Shown: one piece after another, positions 1 through 13,900 of the stretch
Numbering within the stretch: the stretch's first letter is position 1
Layout of the letters: each line of letters begins with the position of its first letter
Assembly (NCBI GenBank): GCA_965637545.1
Contig: OZ281496.1
Coordinates: 23,560,001-23,624,000, forward strand
Origin: Phallusia mammillata
Lineage: Eukaryota
Length of the DNA stretch: 64,000 nt
Direction of reading: 5' to 3'
Program-made: the position numbers and the translations under genes
The notes under the pieces: generated by a model
Database searches by the model: none
The model's input: the letters and a program-made list of their open reading frames with translations, nothing else
Told to the model about the DNA's origin: nothing

Positions 1-456
1 CATGTATGTTTAGGCGATACAGTGAATTAACAGCACAGTAAACCAGGATAAGAAAACAGCTGTATTTCAATTCGTATAACGTAGGGGTTATTGTCCTATT
101 TAACATGTTTTTTTACATCAGGCCACACGATTTGCGTGTTTATATTGAAGTACTTGCTAACATAATTTAAACTGTTACATTACTTGCTTTAAATTTTCAA
201 ATAAGCAGTAATCTGAAAATCCAGTCTACACACCCAAAACTGTTTTCTCGCTGATTGATCTTGAGACCAGCTGGCACAGAACAATATTACCTAATATATT
301 GGCATACCATTACCACATGAAAATACCAAGTAAATTTGCAAGCAGCGCTCCAAAAGGTTGCCGACCCCTTCGCTTAACTATTGGGAATGCATGTTCGTAA
401 AAAAGTGACTAAAGGTTATTATTTGTCATAACATAACGCTACGTTTGAAACTGCAG

Positions 457-3400
457 GATATTGTGACAAGTACAAGCTGTGTGTTATGGGACGAAAACAA
501 CTTAACATGGACACGAGACGGGTGTCAGTTAGTGTTGGGAAGTTGGCCGCCGCAATGTCGATGTTCGCGACTCGCTAACTTCGCCATGCTAGTGGTAAGT
601 TACATAAGTTAGCATCCAAAAACTTTACTTTAGTAAAGATGTGTATCGACCCCATTTCGTATTTTAAATCTTTAGTACGTCATGTTTTTGTGTGGAAATA
701 CCAATTGTAACACCACCAGCTTAAACAAAGGTCAAGCCAAGTTATATTTTACTGCATCCTTATACACTAATAATTACGAAAGGTAATCAGGCGTGCGTCA
801 TATTGCCCTTATTTTGACTTATATGCGCCCATTTTAGTGTTTAATTTTCAGTAATTACATTGACGACTTCCTTTAGCAGAGGTCAAATCTGTTTAATGAC
901 TGCAGATACACTTCCCTAATACAATATAAATCATTAAAGTATTACGAGTTGTAATATGTGTTTTAGAGCGTGGACATTTTGCCGGCCGCCTTCATAATGG
1001 GAATAGTAAGTTACGTAGGATGTTCCTTATCCATCCTGGGACTGTTGATCACAATGTGCGTTTTCCTAGCAGTAAAGTAAGTGTACGAAAAATATGTATC
1101 TGTTTTTGTCATAATTTTCCCAGAATACTTCGTAACACAGTCTTGTAAGTCGGACCGGGCTTTTTGGCTCGGGTTTAGGGACTGATTCGGGCTTGTACTT
1201 TCGGGTTCGTGCCTGCTTACAACTTCACTGTAACAAACCTTTTTTATGGTAGCCTTTAACCAACAATGGTATTAAACAGTTCTGGTAATAGTCAAAATAA
1301 ATACAACGTTACTACTTACGGTTTGTGATAGGGAGCTGCGGGAACGAAAATCCACCATGTTCATAGTCAACATCAGCGTGTGTTTGCTGATAGTCAACGT
1401 TCTGTTCATCGGCGGCACCAGCCGTATCGAAAACCGGATCACTTGTTACATAACAACAGCCCTTTTGCACTACTTCCTCCTTGCCACGTGGTTTTGGATG
1501 ACCTGTAATGCAGTCAATATGTACATTGTATTTGTTAAGGTATGTGAAAATCGATAATTAAAGCACTAAATAAACATTGACACACACACGCCAGTTCATA
1601 TTTGCGGACACTTAAAATACTGAAGACTGTTCTTAATGATGAAATTAATAATTATGCATTGGTCCCAAACTAATAGGTATTTTTAGAATTTTAAGTAATT
1701 AATACATTTTAGTGTGCATGGTTTGTGCAATTTTCTATTTGGTTTTGGCGGCAGTGGGCATTAAAGTCGATGTAAGGCACAACTCTGAAACGTGTTTGTT
1801 AAGTTAGCATTGTATGTTTACTTTGTGACAGGCTATTTATGTAAGAAAAACAGAATTTAAATTAGATTTTCCCCCACAAAAGAAAGCAATTACCATGTGT
1901 TTTGCAACACAGCATGATCTGCGCCACACTTTCGTAGACTAATATTTCACAAAGGCGTGCTTTTCGAATGGCAGACTTACCATTTCATGACCCTGTATAA
2001 CTTATACAATCACACAAAACCTGCTGATTGCAAGGTCTACAAACTTGTCAACAAAATGCTCAAATTAAGCCTTAAATCAAAAGAACTAAAACAGGGGCAC
2101 AATTTCAGACGATGCCCACCACGGTTTAAAACAGAAAAACAAACAAACAAAAAAAACAATCTAACTGTTCTCATTAAAATACCCCAAATAGCCCTAAATT
2201 TAAATCTTGTTTTTCATTTGCAATAACGGTTTTGTTATTATTATAGGTGATACAAACGGAAAACCTGCTAAGACCAGTGGCAGCTGTGGTGTCTTACCTA
2301 TTCCCTTTGGCCATTGTATTAACAACAGTCGGACTGACGGTTTTAAAGTTTGACATTCAAACGTTTAGAGAAGGTGAGTTGGATAAATAGGAATTTTCGA
2401 TTTTAATAGAGTACTCAGTAAAGTATATATACTTGCAAAAATGGCATGATGTGTTTTCCAGGTTTACAGAAATATTGGGCTTGGCAACTGCATTGTGTGT
2501 CATAAACACAAAATAAATAAACGAACTTCAATGTTATCTTATTTTGACAAAGTTTTGCAGTGCTAGATTTGTGTTCATAACAAAATACTTGTGGCCTAAA
2601 ATGTTAATTGCTTTTTACATATCGGATGTGTACAGATGATATACTGTTCGAGTCGACCTACAACGCCAGGCATGTTTGCTGGCTTCACTCATATTCACTT
2701 AACTATGGTTTCCTAGTGCCAGTTGGTGTGATGACGCTCATTAATCTCGTCATATTCTGCTTAGTCATACAAAGCCTTACTTGCAAGAAACCGAAGGTAA
2801 GCGGAAGTAATTAGCCCATGTTTTTCGTCACCAACTGTACTTAAATGCGACTCCCTGAGAACAATAGAAACGACAATGAAAAGCACGATTATACTATGGT
2901 ACTACCGTAGCCGTTAAGACCTACGTTCAATTTAGTGATTTTCAACACGCCTATACAATGTACACAAGTTTGTTATTGTTTTGAAAAAGAAACAGGCATT
3001 TCGTACCACATTTTTAAAGTGAATATCGTTCCACTATATCTGAACAATACATGATGTATCAACTGTCACCATGCTCGTTTTTGTAATACTGTACAAATTA
3101 AAAAAAAAATATATTTATATTAATAAAACTTTCGTTGTGGCTTACAATTTAAACACGTTCCGTTTGATCCTGATTTGTTAAGCGCTAATTATTGGTAACA
3201 AAGAGACGTTTTACTTATGACCCACAGGTTAGGTCATCGCTACGAAAACAAACAAAGTCGCAGGAAATAATGAAAGCATTTCAACTGGTCATTCTTATGG
3301 GACTCACATGGATTTTTGGATTCCTATTGTTAATTGCAAACAATGAAGAATATAGGCTTGCAATGGCGTGGCTCTTCACTATTTTTAATTCTACCCAGGT

Positions 3401-3984
3401 AAGAATAACTGGTATGACTTTTGCAGTCTTAGTGTCCTGCGATTTATACACGAGTGTGGCCGGTATCGTTGGTTGACAAAACTCAGCATCAACACTGACT
3501 TCCGATTGAATACGCTCTTGCGCACATACTTAATTAATTAGTAAACGGTTAGGCCACACAGAACTACAAACTGGAGACTAATTGTGTCAGCATTTCTTTA
3601 CAAAATGCGTCATTCTATATTGCCTCCGTATTACGCTAAAAAAACAGTTCATTAGGTAGGTTCAAACGACAACAAAACGTTGAGGTCACCGAACCTTCAC
3701 CTGTAATGGTAACAGTTGGTGCGCAAATATGTATCTATGGCAACCAACTATTTGAAACAAAACAACTTCACACGTCGTTTCGAAACACTGCAGTGGCTTA
3801 TTGGTTATACAAATTTGCATTGTTTTTGCAGGGGTTTCTCTTGTTTTATGTAAACTGCGTGCGAAACGGTCAAGTTCGAAAGCTATGGTTGGACCCTTGT
3901 TTGCGAACAGTTTGCTGCTTGGAGCGTCCACAAACTCAAACCAGCTTTAACCAACTACGAACAATCAGCACCTCGAAAACGTAA
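457..3984 (+). CDS. Adhesion GPCR paralog A, 3' part only (GPS + secretin-like 7TM); the N-terminus lies upstream of the window
   Basis: GT-AG exons 457-594 (GPS: DIVTSTSCVLWDENNLTWTRDGCQLVLGSWPPQCRCSRLANFAMLV), 967-1076 (TM1: IVSYVGCSLSILGLLIT), 1332-1539, 2247-2373, 2636-2796 (ECL2 HVCWL), 3228-3398 (LMGLTWIFG) and 3832-3984 (stop) join in frame. Motifs GCSLS, LHYFLLATWFWM, CWL and LGLTW-FG, QG are typical of adhesion GPCR 7TM domains. Confidence 0.92.
1138..1230. mobile_element. Short decayed relic of the CAGAGTTGCAAG hAT-like family
   Basis: Ends cagtcttgtaagtcgg ... gcttacaacttcactg and internal gggctt/ttcgggtt motifs resemble the termini of the 57836-61108 element. No clean TSD. Confidence 0.45.
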
Positions 3985-5530
3985 AGATTGAGTTCACGAG
4001 ATAGACAAACACTCTTTAACTTTGCTACGCTGTTAACAAGCTACTGTGGAATATTAGTTTGTGTTTGCAAAATGGAAATCGCTGAACTGATTTTGCTAAA
4101 AAGTAATTTCTTCCGAAAATTATTCAAAAAAAACATTGTAAATATTCTCATCGCCACTGTTTTTCATTATTTGTTACCACTGTATTTAAAAAATATGTTG
4201 CGTAGTAAACACTGTTAATTGAATGCGAGTTTCATTTGCACCTTACCGCAAAAGTCACTAGAATTAAGCACCTGAATAGCAACGTCTAAATATACGACTT
4301 TTGCTTTGTAGCCTACATTTTTCTTAACAATTCAATCAAAAACGCCAGGAGAATATTAACCATATGGATGACCACTGATTTGTCCAACCAACACAAATTG
4401 TCGGTAACTTCACGTCTGCAATTTTTGAACAAAAAAAAAACTTTTTTTGCATAATATTTTGGAATGTTTGATTCTCTGACGACTTCTAACGTTTATAATG
4501 TGCAGCGTGATTCAGAAAAAAAATATTCACTATAGTTTATCAAGTTTACGGTTGTAGCGGCCGTGATATTAATGTGTACAATGTTTACATTAGCGCGTAC
4601 ATTTTGTGTTCAAGAATGTTTCATATCACGTTGCTTAGATTTACTTTTCTTGTTGTTGTTGTTGTTGCTGTATATGAAAATTAGTAAATGGTAATCGCAC
4701 TTTGTTTTGGTTTTCAGCAAAAGCATAGTGGTTTGTACCATGTGTACAAATAAAAAGAAACAAGTCTTCAAATACGTCCTTTAGAACTTGTTTCAAAGAT
4801 TGTATAGAATAGAATAGATGACAAGACATTTACTTTCGGAAAAAGTTCTGTAGGTAAAACGGCAAGGCTCGAATTGACACGAAACTGATTCATCTAGTCA
4901 TTCTAGTGTATAGTCAAAGAGGTTCGTTCAACCCTCTTGCACTTCTTATTTAGTCACGGGGGCTGTTATAACAACCTATAAAGTTGTGAACTAAAAGCGG
5001 GGTTTCAGATGCAGGTTAAACCTACCATTTCCGACTGCATTCGCATTGAAAGAGAGGACGTGTCGATTATGCGAGATGCGCAATGTGCACATATATCCAG
5101 TTAAGATGGCACGGACTATGAGCCAAAACAATTGCATCACTTCGGGCTTATATTTACAATTTCAGTTGCACAGAGAACATGGAAGTCTGTGGTTGGTTGT
5201 AGAAACTTGGCACAAACTGTTTGCCACAGTTATCTTTGCCAAGAAGTATATTCTTACATTTCATTTCTATTGTCTTTTGGAGTAAAGCCGTTTTAGTTAA
5301 GAGTTAGTCGTACAAGTTAAGGGATAGAATTAGCTAAAGTTGTTTATTTAAATCTTATCACTGACTACAACTTGTAACTCTAGCTGTTCAAGTCAGGCTT
5401 GGTTAGCAAAGGTCGGGGGGTATTCATAACACAGATGGAATTTTAGTAGCATTAACATTATTCATTCATTTGACAGCACTGTTAATTTTACTTGTAAAAA
5501 TGCATTACTAACATCCCAACTGATCGAGAC

Positions 5531-7975
5531 ATGTACAAAAGGCGTTGGAAAGTGAAAATGAGTGTTACAGTGGCACTTGTTTTCATGTTGTGCCTTGTCA
5601 AAATATCTTCTGGTACGTTAAACAGTTTGTGTTAAACATTTTAGTCTCTCACTAATAAAATGCATTTTAGTAACTCCAAAGTAAAATTGACTTTGAAAGT
5701 CAACATGTCAGCTAATCTAAAATACGATCTAATGTTTACGTTTAGGACGATCAAACACAAAACTGTTTACAAACGTAACCAAGCAACAATGGTGGAACTT
5801 TAACTATCGTCTTTACACTAAAATCTTCGCCACGTTAAATAATCTGAGTTGAAATTATTGCGATTAAAACTAATCAATCATATCATAATTATGCAGCACA
5901 AACATGCGGTGGTGACTTCAATGCAACAAGCACCACGCAAGAGATATTTTCAACTGGCTACCCCAATTTTTACCAAGACAGCTTGGATTGTAACTGGACG
6001 ATATCATCCCAAAATGGAAGTGTGTATATTAACCTGGTAAAGCTTGACACCGAGAGCTGTTGCGATTACTTGGAGGTAGATAATACAGTAGTACACTGTC
6101 TGTAACTGTCGTTAAACGCAAAGGAAATTACGCGCAGGCTTATGATTGCATCGATGGCAATATAACAACTTTAAGCAGTAGTTTCATGAAACGTCATCAA
6201 AAGCACCACGGTAATTAGAGCAACAATAGAGCAATGCGCAAGTTTCGGAAATTTAACGAAGCTCGTAAGTTGCCAACGCAAGTCTTATCCCTATCGTGGA
6301 AGTTACACCCTCTAAACATGTTTTTCAAACAATGTGAAAGAAGTATGTAAGTGTGTCGCATCCATATGAATATCTTCCGAATAGTGTTTTAGCTTGCAAA
6401 TCGTGCCTTGATCAAAAGTGTAGTTTTTTAGTGTGCTGCATCTTAACAAAAGTTTTGAAACACTGTGCCTGTAACAACACTTATACCATGATTTTGTTTC
6501 ATTTAGATTTACGATGGAGAATCACTGCTTGGCAGATTTCAAGGAAGTGCAAGTAACATAAACATGGTAGTTCACAACTCGTTTGCGCGGATTTTGTTTC
6601 ACACCGATTCGTCTGTAAGTCGCCCGGGATTTCTTCTGCAATATGCTCAAGGTGCGTGAACCAAAGTCAACTTTTATGAACAAATTTTCTTCGTTTGGGT
6701 AATGACAATAGGGGATAATGTCACCTTTAAATGACTCAAACAATATCGTGCTCATGTAACAGTAAACGCGTTCACACCATAGAACAATACACGGATATAA
6801 GTAAATCATTGCACATGACAGTACAGGTTCAACTTAATGCACTTCTAAGATGGCATCAGAGTTAAAATCTAACCCACTGAACTCAATGTCTAACTGGTAT
6901 GCACTTTAAAATGTAATAAATTTCCATACTTCCGTCCTTCAATCAATTATCAACCAATTATTCTTGATACGGCCATAAATACGTGTCTACTTTGTAGAGA
7001 AGGGCTCGGAAAACATATCATGAAATGGGGATACAAAGTGCGTTTAAAATAGTATGGGTTTGCACAACCTGCATGGATATCAAAATTGTCAATACCCCAT
7101 GTCATACCCAACCCAAGTAATTTCTGTTGTTGTAAACGCAAACTAACATACCAATATGAACAAACTGTTCACCCAAACATATCACAACTGCGACCCTTTA
7201 TTGGCCAAATCAGTTAACACGAAACAAATCGTACGAACTACAAAAGTCGCAACGTGTACGAAGTCTTTTGAAAAAGGAATGCAACTGTCGCTATCACAAT
7301 GAACAGAACGAAACATTTTACTCAAGTCATTTTCCAGCAGGAAATATGCTACACCATAGCCATGTAGCAAATTTAAATCTGTGCTAACGTTATTTGTCTT
7401 GTAGTGGCCACATGTGGATACAGCACAACCACAGTGAGCTCAACACTTTCACTGGATTTTTCCCAATCGTCGGAACCCCAACGATGTGGGTGGAACTTTT
7501 TCACATCTGGTGATAACAAGATCGGTTTGCAAACCGCTGTCACGTTACAGAACACAAGTGATAGTATTTTTGAGGCAAGTACACAACGTTGAATGGTACA
7601 AGCGGTCGATGTTTGTACAGATTTACTAAAGCAGAACCATTTTTTTAACCACAGTTTTGCAGCAAATATTAAACGGCAAAAACATGCTGTATTAACGTTG
7701 TTGACCGCTTATTTTTTTGGTACAAAACGAAGAGATGGATTATGAAACGACTAACATATTTATCATTTAAGCACCGATTTATATATCTATCAGTACCAAT
7801 CTATGCTTATCCGCCTACTTTTCGGATTTTTCGCAGGTTTACGAAGGTAACGCTCGCTCTTTGAATCTGGTTGGAGGCCATTCTGTCGCGCAAACCTTTT
7901 CGTCCATATCAATTCTTAGAGTCTACTACTTTTCAGCGGGTGCCGGTGACAGTATAAACTCTTCAGCAACGCAAG
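5531..7975 (+). CDS. Signal peptide plus two CUB domains (exons 1-5 of the giant aGPCR)
   Basis: Exon 5531-5612 is the signal peptide ([27 protein letters not shown]). Exons 5897-6075 and 6507-6651 give a canonical CUB (QTCGGDF...[18 protein letters not shown]...[14 protein letters not shown]...LGRFQG...[16 protein letters not shown]). Exons 7405-7574 (donor AG|GCAAGT) and 7837-7975 give a degenerate CUB (ATCGY...RCGWNF.../VYEGN...LRVYY). Confidence 0.85.
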
Positions 7976-10900
7976 GTAACAATTATGTTTTAGTACACAA
8001 AAAAGTATTCGACAAATACCAGAACAATGGTCCTAAACCTTTAGAATCTAAAAATCTAAAGTTTAGTCCATAAATTTTCCTTTCGATTAACCTTTTATCT
8101 AGAAGCCTGTAGAGTCAAAATTAAATCATACTCAAAGCTCTAAAGCCGACCCAAGTCCTTTTGGGGTTCCACGAGACCCTGATTAGAGTAAAACCAAAGG
8201 TAGACTGTAGAAAAGGATACGTTTAGATTAGGCATATTCTTGCAACTCTATTTCCGCAGTTCGCTGACAATTGTTTTGACTTTCGAGTGTGTTTATCGCC
8301 AATGAAAACATTGCATTATTCACAGAGGTCAACCAGTGTCAATCATTTCCTTGTCAGAACAACGCCACATGCAGCGACGGAGTACTTGATTACACTTGCT
8401 TCTGTATGCCAGGATACACTGGACGTAACTGCGAAACGGGTAAGGTGGCAAAAACATATTCCAATACAGCATTAAACAACTTTGACTATCACAAAATCGT
8501 CATGAGCATAAAGATACAGGGATAATAAAAGACGCAATTATTAAGACTACGTGACAAAAGCCAAAATATTTCAACATTGTTTAATCGTGACATCGATACT
8601 GGAGACGTACTACCTCACATCTTATTAGTGATTATGAGTTTAGGTGGTCGATACTAAATGAGGTTAATCAAAGTTCAGATTTTGTGCACGGCACATCGTC
8701 TTTTGCGTCGACTGTGAACAAACAACGACATCCGTTTTGTTAATTGGTTTACAGATATAAACGAATGCGAACCATTACCATGCCAACACAGTACAACGTG
8801 CATCGACAACATAGCAGATTACGAGTGCATTTGTCAACCTGGATACACAGATAAAAACTGTTCCTCAGGTAAAAACAATCGAAGTACAACACTAATGTCT
8901 TTGGGTGTGAAATTTATTTTTCCTTTAGCGTACAGTGAACAACAGCTGCATATCAATTAAATCTGTAACGTCGATCTGCCTTTAGTGACGTTTTTTATCT
9001 GCGTGTTATACCTGTTGGTCAATGATTATATTAAACTGAACTGAAACCCCTTAGAAAACTAATTTTGCGAATTCATGTCATGTTGTAGAGCAGTGGTTCT
9101 TAATCATTTTGTGTAGTTTTCCACTAAAGTCAGCCACCAAGTTCGAATACCCGCTTTGTTATTTTTATGATGATGTTTTGTGACGTGCATTAACAATTAT
9201 GTTCTTGATGCGTGACAATTAACCAAATTTAGGAGCTAGATTTTCGAGTAAAACTTAAAACAATAATTTAAGTATCAAAAACTTAAAGAATGTCCTTCTG
9301 CATGAACATAATTTCCTACTGGTGGGAAATTTCCATCAGGTTAAAAATCACTGTGGTAGATAACAACGATAAGACATCAGTTTAAATTTATTGTTCCTAG
9401 AAGCATTCTCCCTTACCGCGTTATAGTGGCAAATCAATTTAGCTCGCACAGTTTACAGCAAACTGTGCGACTAGTAGGAAATGACCAAAAGCTTTGATGT
9501 AGAAATAAATGAATGCGACGTGGTTCCATGTCAAAACAATGCAACGTGCCATGATCAAATCAACAACTATACGTGCTCATGCTTACCAGGCTACAATGGA
9601 ACCAACTGTGAAACAGGTATTTTCTGTTTGTTGCCTAAATCCATTTGAAAATCTTTGAGGCGAATAATTACCATTAGAAAAATTACAAACATCGAAAATG
9701 AAAATGCCTGCACCCTTTGCGGAAAAAATCAAAACCTATTCGAACAAGAAACGCGGTAATGTCGGATAAGCTAAATACCTATTCCTTTTAATTTTTACCC
9801 AGAACCGAAATTTTCTAAAAGGGAATTTAAGAAACAACATTACAATAACAAATTTTAATAGATTCCGTGCGTTTTGCAGCTAATTTTTACTGATATCAAA
9901 ATGTGTGTTGTGTGTCAACAACACCGCTATTATTTATTCAAAAAGATATCGATGAATGTGATCCAAATCCGTGCCAGCATGAAAGCATTTGCATGGACCT
10001 CATAAACGATTTTAGCTGCAACTGCACACCGGGATACACTGACAAGTCTTGTTCAACAGGTACACACACCAGCACGCTCGTTGTAACAAAACAAGATCAA
10101 CAAATTAAGACATGTTGTTTTAGGGGATGGTTCTAGTCTCAAATTGCAAATAGCAGCGTTGCATTTCAGTTTTACTAGCAGAGTTACAACAATATAATTA
10201 ATTCACCTAGCAAGTCCAAACTGTGCCATCAAATCGAGACCAAGTCAATATTGCATATTATGTATACTGGTACACATTAAAATAAGCAATGCTGTCGTGG
10301 GCCATTTTCAATCCTGACAAAAAGTTATACTAAATAAAACACGCAGTTTAAACTAAAATCAATAGATTGTGCGCCAATCCAAGTAAGTACTTGTTACTAA
10401 ATGTAACCCTTTTACGAAATGCAAAAAAAACACGATTTGATCAAATATTTCATAGTTTGTAAGACGTAGTTAAAAATAACACCTGCTTTATGCATACATT
10501 TTGTTACGGTTCACAAGAAATAATGATCATGAAACAAAGCAATACGCTGTTTTTGACCGATGTCTATTTTGGTACATACAGATATCAACGAATGCATATC
10601 TGAGCCCTGTGTTCAAGGAAACTGTACAGATTTGGTAAATAACTATACATGCACTTGCACACCTGGATATACTGGAAGAAACTGTTCAGTAGGTAAGGTC
10701 AAAAAAATCCGCAGCAAATCGTTGGGGTACAATAGAAAACTGTTGTGTTTCAACTAGATATCAACGAATGCGAATCAAGTCCTTGTCAAAACAACGGAAC
10801 ATGTAGTAACTTATTAAACGATTACAACTGCACATGTTTGCCTGGATATACTGACAAAAACTGCTCGACAGGTAAGTTTGGTAGAGACATCCAAAAATGG

Positions 10901-13900
10901 GGATTTTGACATCAAACTTTTGTTCACAGACATCAATGAATGCGAACCACCACCATGCCAACACAACTCAACGTGTATTGACAACATAGCAGATTACGAA
11001 TGCGTTTGTCAACCTGGATACACAGATAGAAATTGCTCAACAAGTAATAAAAAGCATGTGCGTGGATGCAATTGAGTTTAATAATAAGTTTTTCTCTTCC
11101 AGATATCAACGAATGCATACCGGACCCGTGCGATAATGGAAACTGCTCGGATTTGATCAATAATTTCACGTGTTCATGCACACCAGGATATACAGGACGA
11201 AACTGTTCAATAGGTAGGTAATTCTATAAAGAGATCAAAAACCGAGATACCAAGTTCCGTTATTTAACAGATATTAACGAATGTGATTCGAGTCCATGTC
11301 AAAACAATGCAACATGTGGAGATTTGATCAACGATTACAACTGTTCATGTATTCCTGGATATACAGGCAAAAACTGCTCAATAGGTACAGTCTTCTCACA
11401 CCAATCAATGTCATTATTTTATTTTTGCAAGTTTTCGTTTCGGGAATTAACGCAATAACTTCTACACTGTATACAGATATTAACGAGTGCTTTTCGGAAC
11501 CATGTATTTACGGAAACTGCACAGATTTGGTGAATAACTTCACATGCACTTGTACACCTGGATATACTGGAAGGAACTGTTCAGTGGGTAAGGTCTTACT
11601 AAATCTGCAATCAATTTCTTGTGCACAATATAAAACGGTTGTATTTCAACTAGATATCAACGAATGCGAAGCAAGTCCTTGTCACAACAACGCGACTTGC
11701 GGTAACTTAATCAACGATTACAACTGCACATGTTTGCCTGGATTTACTGACAAAAACTGCTCGACAGGTAAGTTTGATGAACACACATTAAAAAAAAGAT
11801 TTTGATATTAAAACTATGCTCACAAGACATCGATGAATGCCAATCGTCACCATGTAAACACAACTCAACGTGCATCGACAACGTAGCAGATTACGAATGT
11901 GACTGTCAACCAGGATACATGGACAAGAATTGCTCAACAGGTTGGAACTTTGCCACAAAAATGATACATGAAACACTGATACAAAGCTTATTGTTTAATA
12001 GATATCAACGAATGCACGCCAGGCCCTTGCGATTTTGGAAACTGCACAGATTTAATCAACAACTACACTTGTTCATGTGCACCTGGTTACACAGGACAAA
12101 ACTGTAGCATAGGTAACTAACGGTTTACGTGACAAAAATTGTAGCGGTGGAAAAAAACTAATTCTAATTGTTTTTTTGCAGATATTAACGAATGCGATTC
12201 AAGTCCTTGTGAAAATAATGCAACATGTGGAAATTTGGTAAACGATTACAATTGCACTTGTCGACCAGGATATACTGGCAAAAACTGCTCCATCGGTATG
12301 TTTTTGTTTGAAACAAATTCAAAACACAGAATGCAACGATCCAATTTGCAGATATAAACGAATGCGAACCAGCACCATGCCAACACAACTCAACGTGTGT
12401 TGACAACATCGCAGATTACGAATGTGTTTGTCAACCTGGATACACAGATAAAAATTGTTCAACAGGTAATAAAATTACATGCTTGTGGTTGCTTCAAATT
12501 GCAATAAAAAGTATTTCTATTCCAGATATCAACGAATGTATACCAGACCCTTGCGATAAAGGAAACTGCACAGATTTGATCAATAATTTCACGTGCTCAT
12601 GTACACCAGGATATACAGGAAGAAACTGTTCAATAGGTAGGTAATATTATGTCCAGAACTGCGTCGGAGATACCAAATTACGTTGATTAATAGATATTAA
12701 CGAATGTGATTCGAGTCCATGTCAAAACAATGCAACATGTGGAGATTTGATCAACGATTTCAATTGTTCATGCGTTCCTGGATACACTGGCAAAAACTGC
12801 TCTATAGGTACATATTTTCGGTACTCCCAATTGCTCAATGATGCAAACTTAACTTTGACAAAAACACTCTGATAATTGCCCGATTCATGCAGAGATTGAC
12901 GAATGCATACCGGAACCATGTGTTCACGGAAACTGCACAGATTTGGTGAATAACTTCACATGCACTTGCACACCTGGATATACTGGAAGAAACTGTTCAG
13001 TAGGTAAGGTTTCGCAAAATCCGCAATAAATCTATTGTTTGCAATATGAAACGGTTGTGTTTTAACTAGATATCAACGAATGTGAATCAAGGCCATGTCA
13101 CAACAACGCGACTTGCGATAACTTAATAAACGATTACAACTGCACATGTTTGCCTGGATATACCAACAAAAACTGCTCGACAGGTATTTTGCTAATATTT
13201 AGTGGAAATTTAGATTTCGTCGTGTAACGACGCTGTCTTCAGACATTAACGAATGTGAACCACTGCCATGCCAGCACAACTCAACATGCACTGATAAAAT
13301 AGCAGACTACGAATGCGATTGTCAACCTGGATACACGGACAAGAATTGCTCAACAGGTTGAAACTTTGCCACAAAAATGATACATGCAACAATGATACAA
13401 AGCTTGTTGTTCAATAGATATCAACGAATGCATGCCAGGCCCTTGCGAAAATGGAAACTGCACAGATTTAATCAACAACTACACTTGTTCATGTACACCT
13501 GGCTACATGGGAAGAAACTGCAGCATAGGTAACTCACGGTCTAACTTGACCAAAGTTGTAGCATTGAAAAATACGAAATATTATTTGTTTGGTACAGATA
13601 TTAAAGAGTGCGATTCAAGCCCTTGTGAAAATAATGCAACATGTGGAAATTTGGTAAACGATTACAATTGCACTTGTCGACCAGGATTCACGGGCAAAAA
13701 CTGCTCTATCGGTATGTTTTTGTTAAAACAAACCCAACCACAGAATGCAACGAACTAATTTGCAGATATAAACGAATGTGAACCAGCACCATGCCAAACC
13801 AATTCAACGTGTATTGACAATATAGCAGATTACCAATGCGTTTGTCAACCTGGATATACGGATAAAAATTGCTCAACAGGTAATAAAACTACATGCTTGT

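Noticed and set aside
350-372. hAT-like terminus ggttgccgacccct
   Set aside because: No matching opposite end or TSD was found within the window.
5746-5850. Possible extra exon after the signal-peptide exon
   Set aside because: An acceptor-like site is present, but the phase-compatible frame hits a stop without a suitable donor; exon 1 joins cleanly to 5897.
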